From NCBI GenBank assembly GCA_905178155.1, contig CAJINV010000016.1, forward strand, positions 1,625,102 through 1,689,101: a stretch of 64,000 nt of DNA, read 5' to 3'. The position numbers were made by a program, and so were the translations under genes. Below are positions 10,501 through 22,026 of this stretch, piece after piece (position 1 is the first letter of the stretch; every line of letters starts with the position of its first letter). The notes under the pieces are model-generated. The model had not been told where the DNA came from. It saw only the letters and a list, made by a program, of their open reading frames with translations, and made no database searches. The DNA comes from Amoebophrya sp. A120. Taxonomy: Eukaryota > Protista > Dinoflagellata.

Positions 10501-13500
10501 CCGCCTTCAGTTCCGCGTTCTTCCGGATACTCATTTCCATCTGTTCAATTTCTTCCGTTGTTGGCACCGTTTTGTCCGGAACTTCCGTGAACTTCATCAT
10601 CGTCGACACGATGGACTCCGCCTGTCTATCGACTTTGCTCCTGGTCGTTGGAAAGTCCCCCTTTTCCAATGTCGCCCGGAACGCCAACGTGGCCTGGCGA
10701 ATGGTTCCTCTGCTGACAAAGTGCGGGGGAAGCAACCAGGTGGGGATGAGATCGAGAGATTGGACTTGCTCCGAACTCTCCCGGTCCGGACGGGAATCGG
10801 CGTCGGCACCGTGGGTCGTGCGGGTGCGATTGGAAGCTGCGTCACGTGCTTTTATTTCCAGGAAAGCTGTAGTTCCAGCCTGCGCCCCCTCTGCATCTGC
10901 TGGATGTACTTCTTCTGGAACGGAAGTTGGAAGTAGAACTGCTACATCTTCTACTGGCTCTTCGATTTTTGTCCTGTGCCGTGCATTGTTGCTGTGTCTG
11001 AGGTAGGTGCGTTTACTTTTCAGGTTGCTGTGCCTGCTCAGCGAAGAAGCTGCTGTGGCAGGAGCTTGAGCTTCTGCGTCGTCTATTTTGTCTTCTGCTT
11101 TTTCTCCTTCCGCTTTATCATTGCCAGCAAGTGCAAGCTGCGCTTGCTGCGCCAGTGGTTCTTCGACGTTTTTTGTCGTCTTTTCGTTTGGCCGCCCTGC
11201 TGCTACCTGATGGGAAGGCGCTAAAAGCAACTCGTTCTCCAACACTGGCGCAACCACTACATCCGCTTCCTCCGCGACACCCACACCAGAGCTGCCCGAG
11301 ACCGCATCAGTATCGTTCTCGCCGCCTGATGAAGATCCTCTTGTGCTGCTCCTGACAGAGTTCTTGTTCGTAGCACGCTTCTCTGAAACTTCTACTGGAG
11401 ATGCTTTATCACCCTGCTCAGAAGCTTCATGATTCTCCCCCAAGACCACCTTCGGCACCGCCATACCGCGTCCCCCGGTCAAGTCGCCGAGCCACCCACC
11501 CTTCCCCGCCGGGGGACTCAAATACGGGGGCAGACCAGCACTCTCCTGCAGCGGCGCGCTTGTTGGAGGAGGGGCCTGTGGCGAAATGTTGTTTCTCCTC
11601 GATGAACCTGTTGAAGTATCAGCTCCTTTCCCCCCTGCGACGGGATCTTCGCCCTTGCCATGAAGACCGCGGTGGTACCGAGTAGACGGTACTACCGGAC
11701 CAGAAGTATCTCCCGTTGATGGCGCGAGAGATAAATCTTCTTCCACACTTCTGTGCGCCGGAGTAGACCCCGGGGGTATAGGATTTAGGTGGATTGTGAT
11801 GTTCGGGCTCTTTCCAGCCTCTGAATAGCCTTGCGCGAGTTGCACCTCTTCCTTTTCCGCGTAGCCCAACGCGACGCAGACCTGCATGTAGTTCATGGCC
11901 GCCTCAAACATCACCGGGTTCGTGTAGTCCAGACACTGATTCCCCGCGGAATTCGAAATCTCGGACAATCCCGTGCTTGTCTGCTCAAAACACTGCTCAT
12001 ACGCCGTCGTGAGCTCCGCCGGAATGGGAATCGAGGACGTGGTTCTTTCCACACCGACCGCGTCCGCGAACAGTGCGATCGGGTCATCGAGAGATGATAT
12101 CAAAAGAAAAAAGTTCGTCACGATCACTCATGGGCATTTTTGCAATACAAAATTGTCTATCATGCGTAAAAATGCATCACAGCCACACTTCATAAGGGAT
12201 TTCCCTAGTGTTTCTGCAATACAAGGAGAAGTTGTGATGCTAAAAAAATTTGTAATGCAAAACCTGCAACTTAGTGACTGTGACAAACTTTTTTCTCTCC
12301 ATAGATGAAGATGAGGCTGCACTACTTGTTGTAGAACCGATTTTATTCGAGCTTGTAGAAGTAGTTCTATCGTGGATGCACAACTCCGTGATACAAACTG
12401 CGGAGAGCGTTAGTGCGCAGTCCAGTTTGATGTTGTCAAACGCGTCCAGCCAGCGGCTCCCGTGGTACGTGCACCAATTGTTCTGTGCCTCCTCGACGTG
12501 CACCGTCAAAGCGGAGAAGGGATTGGTCGCCACCGCGGGAACTTCCACACTATCGTATGCAAAAGTATCGCACTCGTAGTAATCGCATTCATGCATTACA
12601 AATCTGGTTCCCAAGGCAAATCAGCATGACAAATTCAATTTGTCGTGCTGAGCGAATTTGTATTGCAATTACTACTAGTACGATACTTTTGCAGTTCATA
12701 CACACCCTCCTGAGCCGACTTCTCTCGCGCCGGTAGGTCCCGCAGCCAAAGTGAGTTCGTTCCGAGGAGGTCAAAGCGGGCGTTGGATTTATTCTCGACG
12801 TCTATTTTTTCGTTTTTCTCCTCCTGTGCTTGTTTTAAATATCCGAGGTTTTCGGCAAGCACCAAGGTGTGGTTCAAATTCGCGCGGGCGAAAATCGGCG
12901 TGTGAAATAACTGGGTCAGCCCCTGTTCGCACAAGACAATGTCCATACCGTTGCGGTCGATGAAGGAGCGAAACGGAATGGCTAAATACAAAAGGAGCGG
13001 GATACCGATCTGGAGGGCCCAGGAAATCCACAGGATCACCTGAGAATACCAGGTAAGTTTCAGAAGGGATTTTCGGTACTTCTCCTGTTTGTTGCTGGCT
13101 GTCGTTCTGTGGTCTCCACCTGGAGGACCCCCGGGATCTTGATGCTCCCCATCTGCACGACCGTCAGGCGAAGTCGTGACACCTGTGGTGGTGACGTTAC
13201 CATCCTGCTCTGCAGCGATATGAGCAAGACTCTGTTGCTGGGCGTGGTCTACTTCAACATCTTGCGTGCCCTGCCTTTGACTTTGCACTAGACCGGATAT
13301 GATTCCGCGGTGACTACTGCTGTCTGGCGCAATGGTCCCGGGAGCGCCTGCTTCTCCACCTAGTACGTCAGCACGGGGACCACCGCCAGGTGGCGCTATG
13401 GTCTCCGGGTACGTCGTGCCGCCGCCGGCACGGCTGTTCTCCGTGGACGACAAAATAAATCCGTGCATTCCGCGGTTGGAAGCCAGAATGGACGCGTCGT

Positions 13501-15673
13501 AACTTTGCGGCGCGGAGCGCAGATCGTGGCCGGATTGCGGCGGGAGGATCAAATCCGATTTCAAGTTGGGAGTCATATTCCCCTGACGATGCTGGGACGA
13601 TGGTGGTGCAGCAGCAGTAGTTGTAGCTGCTACTGGGAAGTTGTATTCGGATACATCCGTTTGCTCCGACACACCCGCGGCGGCAGCTGCGTGTGGCCCA
13701 GAGGGGTTTGGGGGAAGGTTGACATCAGAAGTCTCCTCGTCGTAGAAATGGAACGGGTTCTTGTCTGTTGTAGTTCTTCGGGAATAGAAATTGTAGTCGA
13801 CGGCCGCCGGTCCTGGTTCCTCTACCGCACTAGTACGACGGGAGAACATAAAAGCTGGTTGTATCCTAAGATTGTCAGAAGTTCTTGTCACACGACACTG
13901 TGGCTCCTCGTCCAAAACTACTTCCACCACCTCATCCACTACAGACTGGTCTGACTCCTCGAAAAGTCTTTCCGGCGTCCCAATGTAGAAGTCACTCCTT
14001 CCTGGTCCGAAAGCTGTAGGTAGTGCTGCAGCTGCACCGGGCGCTGCTGCTGTCGTGGGCCGCCCGTCGTTTGTTCTAAAAGTCATGTTGGCCGAGGATT
14101 GTCCCGATGAAAAAGTTGATGCAACTCTTGCGGTAATCACGTGCTGTCCACTTTCGCTGCCCGAAAAACTTGGCCGAATCAGGAAACTGGACAAATCTTG
14201 ATCTTCGTCCTGCTGTTCGAGATAGTCATAGTTATTACCCGAACAGGAACTACTGGAGCTACTGCTACTACCGGATTGTGACGACGACTGAAAAGCGGCT
14301 ATATGCTCGCCTTCGATATTGAACCCCGAATGATCTTCGCGATCAGCGGTCCCTTTCCTCTTCACGGACCCAGCAGCTTTGATGTTCACATTATTCCCGC
14401 CCTCAATATTCCGCGTCCGCCGCCCCGGAAGATCTTTATAGTTTGCCGATGTCATCAAACTTTGGTGGATTAAAGCGTGCAGTTTGTCCTCCTGCTCCCC
14501 GTCCTCCCGCTGTTTCGTAACGTGGGCGTCATGGTCCTGTTTACTACTCTCGTCGCTGGTACAACTCCCGTGGTGGAACAAATGGTCTTCGTAGTCATCG
14601 TGGTCGTGCCCCCGGGGGGTTGACCTTTTCGCCGCCGCACTGCGCTTCGCGCGGGCCGACAAAGATTTAAACTTCGACGCGGACTTGCCCAACGACGCGA
14701 GAAACGTGCCGGTGAGGGCTTGCCCGTGATCGATTGATGGGTCGACATCGTGATGATGTTCTGCTCCCGCTGGTGCATTTCTGTCCGCTAAAGCTGAAGC
14801 ATTAGTCTCGTCTTTGGAATCGGCAGGAACAACAGTGTTCCACTTTTTCGTCTTCAAGTCAAACGTCTTACTGTTTTGCTTGTTGCTGGGCGAAAGGCGC
14901 AGGAATGAACTGGTCGTACTGTTCCCCGCAGCGCCCGCAGCAAGCTTCGCGCCGGTGGCGGTGAGAGTGATTGTCGTGTCGTAGTCTTGGTCGACGTCGC
15001 GTTGATCCTGCTCCTGCACAACGATGGCCGCACCTCCTGCTGCGCTCGGTCTAGTTATGCTCCCATGACTCGCGACACTCAAGCCACTTACAAGCTTCAA
15101 CGCTGAGCTGCCCTCGGGGTTTTGGTCCAGCAAATGTTGCCCACGCGACCGGAGAGCGGAAGCCGCTGGTGGACCATCATCATCTTTTTGCTCGTCTTTG
15201 CTTTCCTTATACTCCCCCTTCTTCGGACTTTCCGCCAACAAAAAACTGGGCCCAAACCCTAGGACAATGGCGAAGCACGTTCCTAAAAAGGAAACCAAAT
15301 TCACCGCGAACAGAATCCACTCATCGACAACCAGCACGGTGACGAACTTCTCCAAATTTTTCGCGATCTTCGCCCCAAAGCCGGAAGGCCCCCCACCGGT
15401 TGAGCCCGGTAGGTCCCTTTCCAGAATCGTCGCCAAATCATGATGGTGCCCGGACTTCACGACCGCGAAGTCTAAAATGATTTTGATGAAGTAAAACAAC
15501 GGGACGCCGCACAAAAGGTAGCTGTAGCGCCAGGTCAAATACCGCGAAACCCGTTTCGTTTCGAAACCCGCTTTGTCGGACTGTTTTTGGAACCTGGCGT
15601 GGACGGGGTCGTGGGTCGCCGTGGCGGGGTCTTCCCACAGACCGTTCAGGAAGACGGCGAACGGGTGAAACAT
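7565..15673 (-). CDS. About 2580-aa multi-pass membrane protein of unknown function, 3 exons (paralog of 16687-22026)
   Basis: Exons 15673-12701, 12545-12304 and 12092-7565 join in frame (7743 nt). Conserved blocks are collinear with the neighbouring intronless paralog. Confidence 0.85.
12098..12303. mobile_element. IR/DR introner, family A
   Basis: TAT...ATA, about 30-bp IR, DR GATGA; closely similar to 52721-52927; splice gives AASSSSLDDP. Confidence 0.9.
12551..12700. mobile_element. IR/DR introner, family B
   Basis: IR TGCAAAAGTATCG/CGATACTTTTGCA, DR CACAC; splice gives QEGVEVP. Confidence 0.9.
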
Positions 15674-16686
15674 CGTGGGAGGTTCTTGCTGGACGGGTCG
15701 CCGTGGGAGCAGCTCGAAATCAACTCATATGTTTACCTTTAGTTCCTTAAGAACAGAGATGAAGTTTATCTGATAGTCCGAACTGCTTGAAGAGGGCGGG
15801 CTGCGACCGTGGGGGGGGTGAGGTTTCTGGGGACGAACAGGGGGCCGCCGCTGCAGCTGCAGCGTGCCAAATTTTTGCAAATGGGTTTTCATTCTACAGT
15901 TGGTTCTATCAGAAGAGTCCATGGGTTAAAATGAAAATTCAACAGCAGCTGCAGTACTACTGCATCTTCTTAACTGTTTATGTTTTGTGTTTGATGTTGT
16001 ACATGTTACTTGGCTTTCTTGCGAACATTGGTTGCTGGCCCCAGAACGACCTATTTCTCGGCTATACCATCAAATAAATGCGCCAAACCTAAATGCGCTG
16101 CGGATAGTACGAATTGGTGCTGGAGGAGTCACTGACGCATCAAGCGCAAGAGCAAGACGTTCTCCATCATAATGCTGATCGGGGCAGGCAGCAGAACGAA
16201 ATTCATATACTTTGAACGAAGACGAACCATGAAATGAATGCGAACGACAAGACAGGGCTATGCTGGCCAATACTGTGTGCGGTGGACGAGCTGCAGTGAT
16301 GAAGATAGGCCACAAAACTCACGAAGAAGACGATTGAAGTAAGTAGTACTGCGGCAACAATCGACCATTGACGAAAGACGAAGATACAGAACTTGTCCCT
16401 GAAGACAAACAACCGCAAACCGGACAGAGACGCCAGAAGAACGCGGCTTAGCTCGAACAACACAGCACCCACCTGGTATCGAGTGTCATGATTTTCGCTA
16501 GTCGTAACCAGACAGCTTCACATACAGACCCGCATGATCGGAATGGACAATCGACAAAAACTGTTTTCAGAGAAAAGCAAAAGCTCAACAAGACGAGGCA
16601 GCAGCAGCGACTCTGAAATAAATGTATGCATATTCAGATTCACGAGCTTACCTTGTTAATCTTTGCTATCGTACTTACAGTTTTCT

Positions 16687-19600
16687 TCAGCCTGTACTCG
16701 ATGTCACCGGCTGCAAATCAAACGAGGCTGCCTTGGTAGTTGACAACACCTTAACCTTTTCTAGTTTTGATGTGGTTTTTCCTTCTCGCCCAATATTGTC
16801 CTCCTCGTTTCCACTTGTAGTCGTCGTCGTCGTCGTATAGTAGTGATGATGATGGTGAACAACAGTCTCAGATGGCTTATTCGGTGTTTCCCCACCACCA
16901 CGAGTAGTACCAGGTGCAACTCCACCTGCAACTACACCAGGACTACTGCTCTGGTTGTGATCGTGGTTATGGTGGTGATGTTGCAAATGCTCTACCGGGC
17001 CCATAAACCCCGCGATCCCCAAGTCTTCCGCCGAGGGCGCGGGCACCTTCATGAGCGTCGCGACTTCCCTGACTTCTCTTTTCCACAATTTCCGGGAAAA
17101 TCTTTCCGACCCGGCGGCAAAATGCATCATCTCCCACAGTTCGGTTTTACAATACGCGTAAACCATCAGGTCCGTCGCGGCTATCGCCGTCTGGATCTTT
17201 TTCACCATGAAGTCACAGATCAGCGACAACACTTTCGTGAAGGTCAGATTCCCGAACACCATGCCCGCCACGTCAATTTCCACGTCCTCGGGCACCGCGC
17301 GGACCGCCCACCAGAAACCGAGCGACACAATCAGGATGATGACTACCGCTCGCGCGCCGTAGTCAAACCAGATGATAATGTACATCTTCCACCGTTCCTT
17401 GTCGTCGCCCTCGTCAAATCTCGTTTTTTGGAGTTTCACTGCCGTGACAGCACCTAAGAGAAACCAAATGAGAATCAGCAGCAAGACCGCGGTCAATACC
17501 CAATCGCCGCCGATAAACTGTTGCAGTAACGCCAGTCCGGAGGCGTAGAGCGGGACGGAAATCAAAACGCACAGCATCAAAACCCACGATCCGTGTTGAC
17601 TGCCCGGAAACATGGCTTTCTGGTTCAGCAAAGCCTCCGCCAAACCGTTTGCGAGGGGGACGGCGATGGGGATTAACGAGAAAAACGTCGTGCCCGCCAC
17701 CATCAAGGACAAAGCCATCGCGATGCTGTCGTCCGATCGAGCGAGGGTCCAGAGCATCGCGGATTTTAGCTGCCGGATCTGGATCTGCATCAGGTGGTAC
17801 ATATTCTCCATTTCCCTTTTCGCGTACGCTCTCTTCTCTGTCATGTAATCCAAGTAGGAAAAGGTGGGCGGGGCTGCTGCTGCAACATTCTGTGACTGTG
17901 CTCCACCTCCACGTCTGTTCAGATCGACAGACGGCGCGCCGTGTCTTAGAATGATTTTCTCCTCAAATCGTGGCCCAGTAACTCCAGCACTTGCACCTGG
18001 AGGTGCGTAATGCTTTGGAAAAAGAAGCATTTTCTGCTGCCGCACTGGTCCTGCTCCAACGTCGTGCGCTTGCGCAGTCTTCGTCGTGTAATCTTGTCCA
18101 GAAACCACATGACTTGTCAGCGGTCCACCCGGGGCATGGCCCAGCTGCACCTCCTGGTCCTGCAAGAAGAGGGTATTAGCTACTGTTTTTCTTGCCCCTG
18201 ACGAATGTTGAAGCACTTCGGCTCCGTCTACTTGGTGTGCTCCCAGGGAGGTGAAGGCACTTGTCTCAGCTGCCGCAATTGTCGAAGATCCGCTGGCACT
18301 AGTAGTGCCCGCGTATCCATTCACGGTCGTGCTCGTGATCGGAAGATGGCCATGGCCATCGTGGTAATTTCTCCTACTCCTTCGCAGCAACAAACCGCCG
18401 CGCCTACCTTCACTGGTATCGGGCGAGATGGACAAGGAGCTGCTCTGTTGCACAAATTTTCCGCGACTGCGACCCCCGCGAAGGTTAAAGTACTGACGTG
18501 GAGACTGCGGTCCCCGCAGTAGAGTAGAACTAGATGCGTGGCTCAGACCAGGATCAGTTTCGAGATAGTGCTCCCCTCCTGGTCGCAGATCCTCTCGGCG
18601 GCCGCGGTGCAGAAAGCTAGTAGCCTCCTCGATAGTAATAGTACCTCCCTGAGCCTCCTGATGAAGTGGTTCGTCATCTGCGTCAGGGGCATCAAGAGCA
18701 GTTAAGCTGGTCGTGGAGCCTTCATCATGATTGCTTGCACTTGGACTTGACGGCGTGATCTTCGCTGTACTATGTTTACTGCGAATAACGTGTGAAGCAG
18801 AATCGGAGATATTCATCACGTTGCTACTCTCCGGAAAGTTGCCAAACGGAATGTAAAAGTCGTGGTCTGCTCCTGAAGTTTCTTCTACTGTGGTCGGCGA
18901 GGGCGTTACTAGAAGACCGGACTTTTTTATTTCCTGCGCAGCAGAAGTCATGCCCATGATCTCCGGCGCCGTGCCGCCACCAATCTCCATTCGCCCCCGC
19001 TCGATGTCCTCCATGGCGAGGAATTTTTCTTTCAACATGTCGACGAGTGATTTCGCCTTTTCCGCCGCAGCGTCAACGATTTGCTGCTCCAAGGTGCGCA
19101 GTTGAGCTTCGTACAATTCCGTTGCATTTCTCAACTTCATCTCAGTACTAGAGCCATCTTGATCTTCCGACATATCCGGGTTGTAGTTTTCCTCGTTATT
19201 GTACATTCGCATGTTTGCCAACAGCGTGTCCATCTGCTTATCCGCTTCCGTGAAATAGCTGCTGTAGTTACTCTTCCTCAAGGACTCTGTGAAAGCCAGC
19301 GCCGCGGCGTCCGTCGCTTTGCGGCTCACCGCGTGCGCGGGCAGCATCCACACGGGGATCAGTTGCAGGTTCGCAATGGTAGCGGTGGATTCTATCGAAG
19401 CTGCGGAAGGAGATGCTGCCGCGGCATTTGAGCTGCTGCTCGGGAAGAATGCTACACCTTCTGCAGGTGTTGCAAAATGGTGTAGTCGCTCATTTGGATC
19501 GTTTGGGTCTACTTCAGAGCTGCCAACGTATTGACTGGCCCGCAGCGCGTCCTCGAAGACGTGTTCCATTCCAAACGGGGGCGGATCGGCTGAGAAATCT

Positions 19601-22026
19601 TGGGAGGGTATTGGTTGTGACTCACGTGTCCCATTTGGATGATCATGGGCGTGAACGACCGCTCCTGTAGTTTCGGGAGCTTCACCGGGATCGTTTTCGT
19701 TTTCCGTTTCTTGTTCGCCTTCGCCTTCCTTCATCCTTTCGGCGTACGCCAGTTTCGCGCAAGTCTCCATGTAGGCCATGCCGGCTTCGAAGATAGCCGG
19801 GTTGCTGTAATCCAAACACGCTTCTCTGCTGGCGAAGCAGTGGCCGGTGTCGGAGGATGCCTCTCCGGGGAGCATGTCCCCCAAAACCGCCCCGTCGAAG
19901 AAAGCGCCAAAGGGGGAGGCGAGTGGATTGGAAGTTGTACTTGGTGAAGAAGTTGCAGCTCCGGGAGCAGCAGCAGCACTACTTCCAGGAGCAGTTGTGA
20001 CAGGACTACTTCCCTTGATGCACAGTTCCGCAATGCAGGTTGCAGCGAGGGACAACGCGCAGTCTGTTTCTACGCCGTCTAAATGGTCCATCCACCGGCT
20101 TTTGTGGTGCACACACCACTCGGCCTGGCTTTCCTGCCGCCACGTTTGTTCCAGCAGATCGACAGGAGCACTCGTAGTTTCTTCACTGTCATTCTCTTTA
20201 TCTTCCCCAGTATTTCTTTTCCGTTCCGTCCCCAGCAGGTCAAACCTCGGTGGGTTCGTGTTTTTCATGACCATTTTTGTTCGGTCCACGTCGAAAAACC
20301 CTTTTTCCTCCGCTAAAACTAGAGTCGCGTTGATGTTTGAGCTCATAAACACCGGAGAAGCGAAGAGCGTCCCCGTGCCGACTTCGCACAGCACCTCGTT
20401 CAGCCCGTTCACGTCGATCCAAGTGCGAAACGGGACCAAGATGTACAACAAAAACGGAAAGGTAATCTGCATCCCCCACGAGGTCCAGATGAACACCTGC
20501 GAAATTTGGAGCAGCTTGATCAGCGAAGTTCGGTACGCAATCTCTTGCTCCGAAACCTCATGGTTGTAGTTCCCGTCTGCGGGTACTAGGTGATCAACCG
20601 TGTTTCCCCGCGCTCCTGCGCCGACTGGGAGCAGACTGTCGTTGGCGCCGTTAGCTCCCCCTGCCTCAGGAGAAGTCTCTTGTTCTTCCATTGCGGTGAT
20701 GGAAATCAGCTCTCCCGGTGCTAGCCCCCCACCTCCTGAGCGCAGCAGACTCAAGTGCGGCGTCGTGTAGTTTGCACCGCGGGCACTTGCGCCTCCGGGT
20801 CCGGCTCGCATCGAACCGATCCCACCCGGCCCTCGCGAGGCCATCGACATCATGGTGGATCCCGGCGCTGCGGACCGCAAAGCACTGGCGTTCACCCCAC
20901 CGGCGGCGCTTCGTGTGCTGGTAATTGCCCCACGGTAAAAATCCTCGTCGTCATCACTGCTGCTGCTGCTTTCCGAGGAGATATGATCCCCGGCCGACCG
21001 GGGGCTTTCGTTGTCGTTGTAGAACAGGTGAAATTTGTCCTCCGAATCTACTCCGGCTTGTGTCGGGGGGCGCGCTGTAGGATGGTCTTCATCTTGTTGA
21101 CCTGTAGTTGAAGAATTCGATTTCTTTTTCAACGCTTTTGACTTGCTTTTCTTGATTTTTTTCTTCAACTTCGACTTACTCGAGTCCTTGTTTTCACCAC
21201 CCGAATGATCTTCCGAAGAGGCCGCTGCCTTGGTAAGCAACTCCTGCAATTTTGCTTCCTGCTGCGCGTCTTCTATTTCTTCGAGCGATTTGGGCCGCGT
21301 GAGCAGACTCAGGTCGTACGATTGTTCTTCGGATTCGTTCTTCTTCTTACTAGCGCGACCTGCACCAGAAGCAGTCATAACTTGCGAATTCTTACCACTA
21401 CTGCTGAAGTTCACCGCCCCCGGGAGCTTGTTCAAACTCTTTTTCCGCACAGAGGCACGATCTCGATCCGCTCCGTCTGGTGTAGAAGTTCTTGCTTCCG
21501 CCGGGGACGAGAGGGCCACGACCTGGTCATCTCCAAGTTGTTGCTGTACTGGGAAACCTTGGTCATCCAACTCCACATATTCGTAGTCCGCCAAGCAGCA
21601 GCTGGGCGCGAAAGTCAAAATCGTCCCAATAGTGAAGCTCAAGAAGGTGTTTACGCTTAACCCCGCCCAGATCCAGTTGTCCACGCTCAATGCGGTGAAA
21701 AACGCTTGCATGTTTTCCGCAATCTTGGCCCCGAAGCTCGCGGGCCCGGAACCTTCTGTCGCCTTTGGTAAAGCGTCGGAAAGCATCTGCGCGAGGCTGT
21801 CGCCCTCGCGCGCGACGGAGTAGAAATCCAGGATGCACTTGAGAATGATGAACAGCGGCACGCAGCATAAATACGAGTACCGCCACGTCAAGTACCGGGA
21901 AACCCGGCGGGTATGAAAGCCAGCCTTTTTGGAAATGAGGTCAAAACGGGCGAAAACCGGGTCGTGATCCGCGACCGCGGGGTCCTCCCAGATACCGTTC
22001 ACCAGGATAGCGAAAAAGTACCACAT
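16687..22026 (-). CDS. 1779-aa multi-pass membrane protein of unknown function, intronless
   Basis: Single ORF; shares NGxWEDPA..HDPV, RVSRYLTWRYSYL, a Cys-rich middle and IAVPLANGxAEALLNQKAxFPGSQHG with 7565-15673. Confidence 0.9.
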   Translation of the reverse strand: MWYFFAILVNGIWEDPAVADHDPVFARFDLISKKAGFHTRRVSRYLTWRYSYLCCVPLFIILKCILDFYSVAREGDSLAQMLSDALPKATEGSGPASFGAKIAENMQAFFTALSVDNWIWAGLSVNTFLSFTIGTILTFAPSCCLADYEYVELDDQGFPVQQQLGDDQVVALSSPAEARTSTPDGADRDRASVRKKSLNKLPGAVNFSSSGKNSQVMTASGAGRASKKKNESEEQSYDLSLLTRPKSLEEIEDAQQEAKLQELLTKAAASSEDHSGGENKDSSKSKLKKKIKKSKSKALKKKSNSSTTGQQDEDHPTARPPTQAGVDSEDKFHLFYNDNESPRSAGDHISSESSSSSDDDEDFYRGAITSTRSAAGGVNASALRSAAPGSTMMSMASRGPGGIGSMRAGPGGASARGANYTTPHLSLLRSGGGGLAPGELISITAMEEQETSPEAGGANGANDSLLPVGAGARGNTVDHLVPADGNYNHEVSEQEIAYRTSLIKLLQISQVFIWTSWGMQITFPFLLYILVPFRTWIDVNGLNEVLCEVGTGTLFASPVFMSSNINATLVLAEEKGFFDVDRTKMVMKNTNPPRFDLLGTERKRNTGEDKENDSEETTSAPVDLLEQTWRQESQAEWCVHHKSRWMDHLDGVETDCALSLAATCIAELCIKGSSPVTTAPGSSAAAAPGAATSSPSTTSNPLASPFGAFFDGAVLGDMLPGEASSDTGHCFASREACLDYSNPAIFEAGMAYMETCAKLAYAERMKEGEGEQETENENDPGEAPETTGAVVHAHDHPNGTRESQPIPSQDFSADPPPFGMEHVFEDALRASQYVGSSEVDPNDPNERLHHFATPAEGVAFFPSSSSNAAAASPSAASIESTATIANLQLIPVWMLPAHAVSRKATDAAALAFTESLRKSNYSSYFTEADKQMDTLLANMRMYNNEENYNPDMSEDQDGSSTEMKLRNATELYEAQLRTLEQQIVDAAAEKAKSLVDMLKEKFLAMEDIERGRMEIGGGTAPEIMGMTSAAQEIKKSGLLVTPSPTTVEETSGADHDFYIPFGNFPESSNVMNISDSASHVIRSKHSTAKITPSSPSASNHDEGSTTSLTALDAPDADDEPLHQEAQGGTITIEEATSFLHRGRREDLRPGGEHYLETDPGLSHASSSTLLRGPQSPRQYFNLRGGRSRGKFVQQSSSLSISPDTSEGRRGGLLLRRSRRNYHDGHGHLPITSTTVNGYAGTTSASGSSTIAAAETSAFTSLGAHQVDGAEVLQHSSGARKTVANTLFLQDQEVQLGHAPGGPLTSHVVSGQDYTTKTAQAHDVGAGPVRQQKMLLFPKHYAPPGASAGVTGPRFEEKIILRHGAPSVDLNRRGGGAQSQNVAAAAPPTFSYLDYMTEKRAYAKREMENMYHLMQIQIRQLKSAMLWTLARSDDSIAMALSLMVAGTTFFSLIPIAVPLANGLAEALLNQKAMFPGSQHGSWVLMLCVLISVPLYASGLALLQQFIGGDWVLTAVLLLILIWFLLGAVTAVKLQKTRFDEGDDKERWKMYIIIWFDYGARAVVIILIVSLGFWWAVRAVPEDVEIDVAGMVFGNLTFTKVLSLICDFMVKKIQTAIAATDLMVYAYCKTELWEMMHFAAGSERFSRKLWKREVREVATLMKVPAPSAEDLGIAGFMGPVEHLQHHHHNHDHNQSSSPGVVAGGVAPGTTRGGGETPNKPSETVVHHHHHYYTTTTTTTSGNEEDNIGREGKTTSKLEKVKVLSTTKAASFDLQPVTSSTG

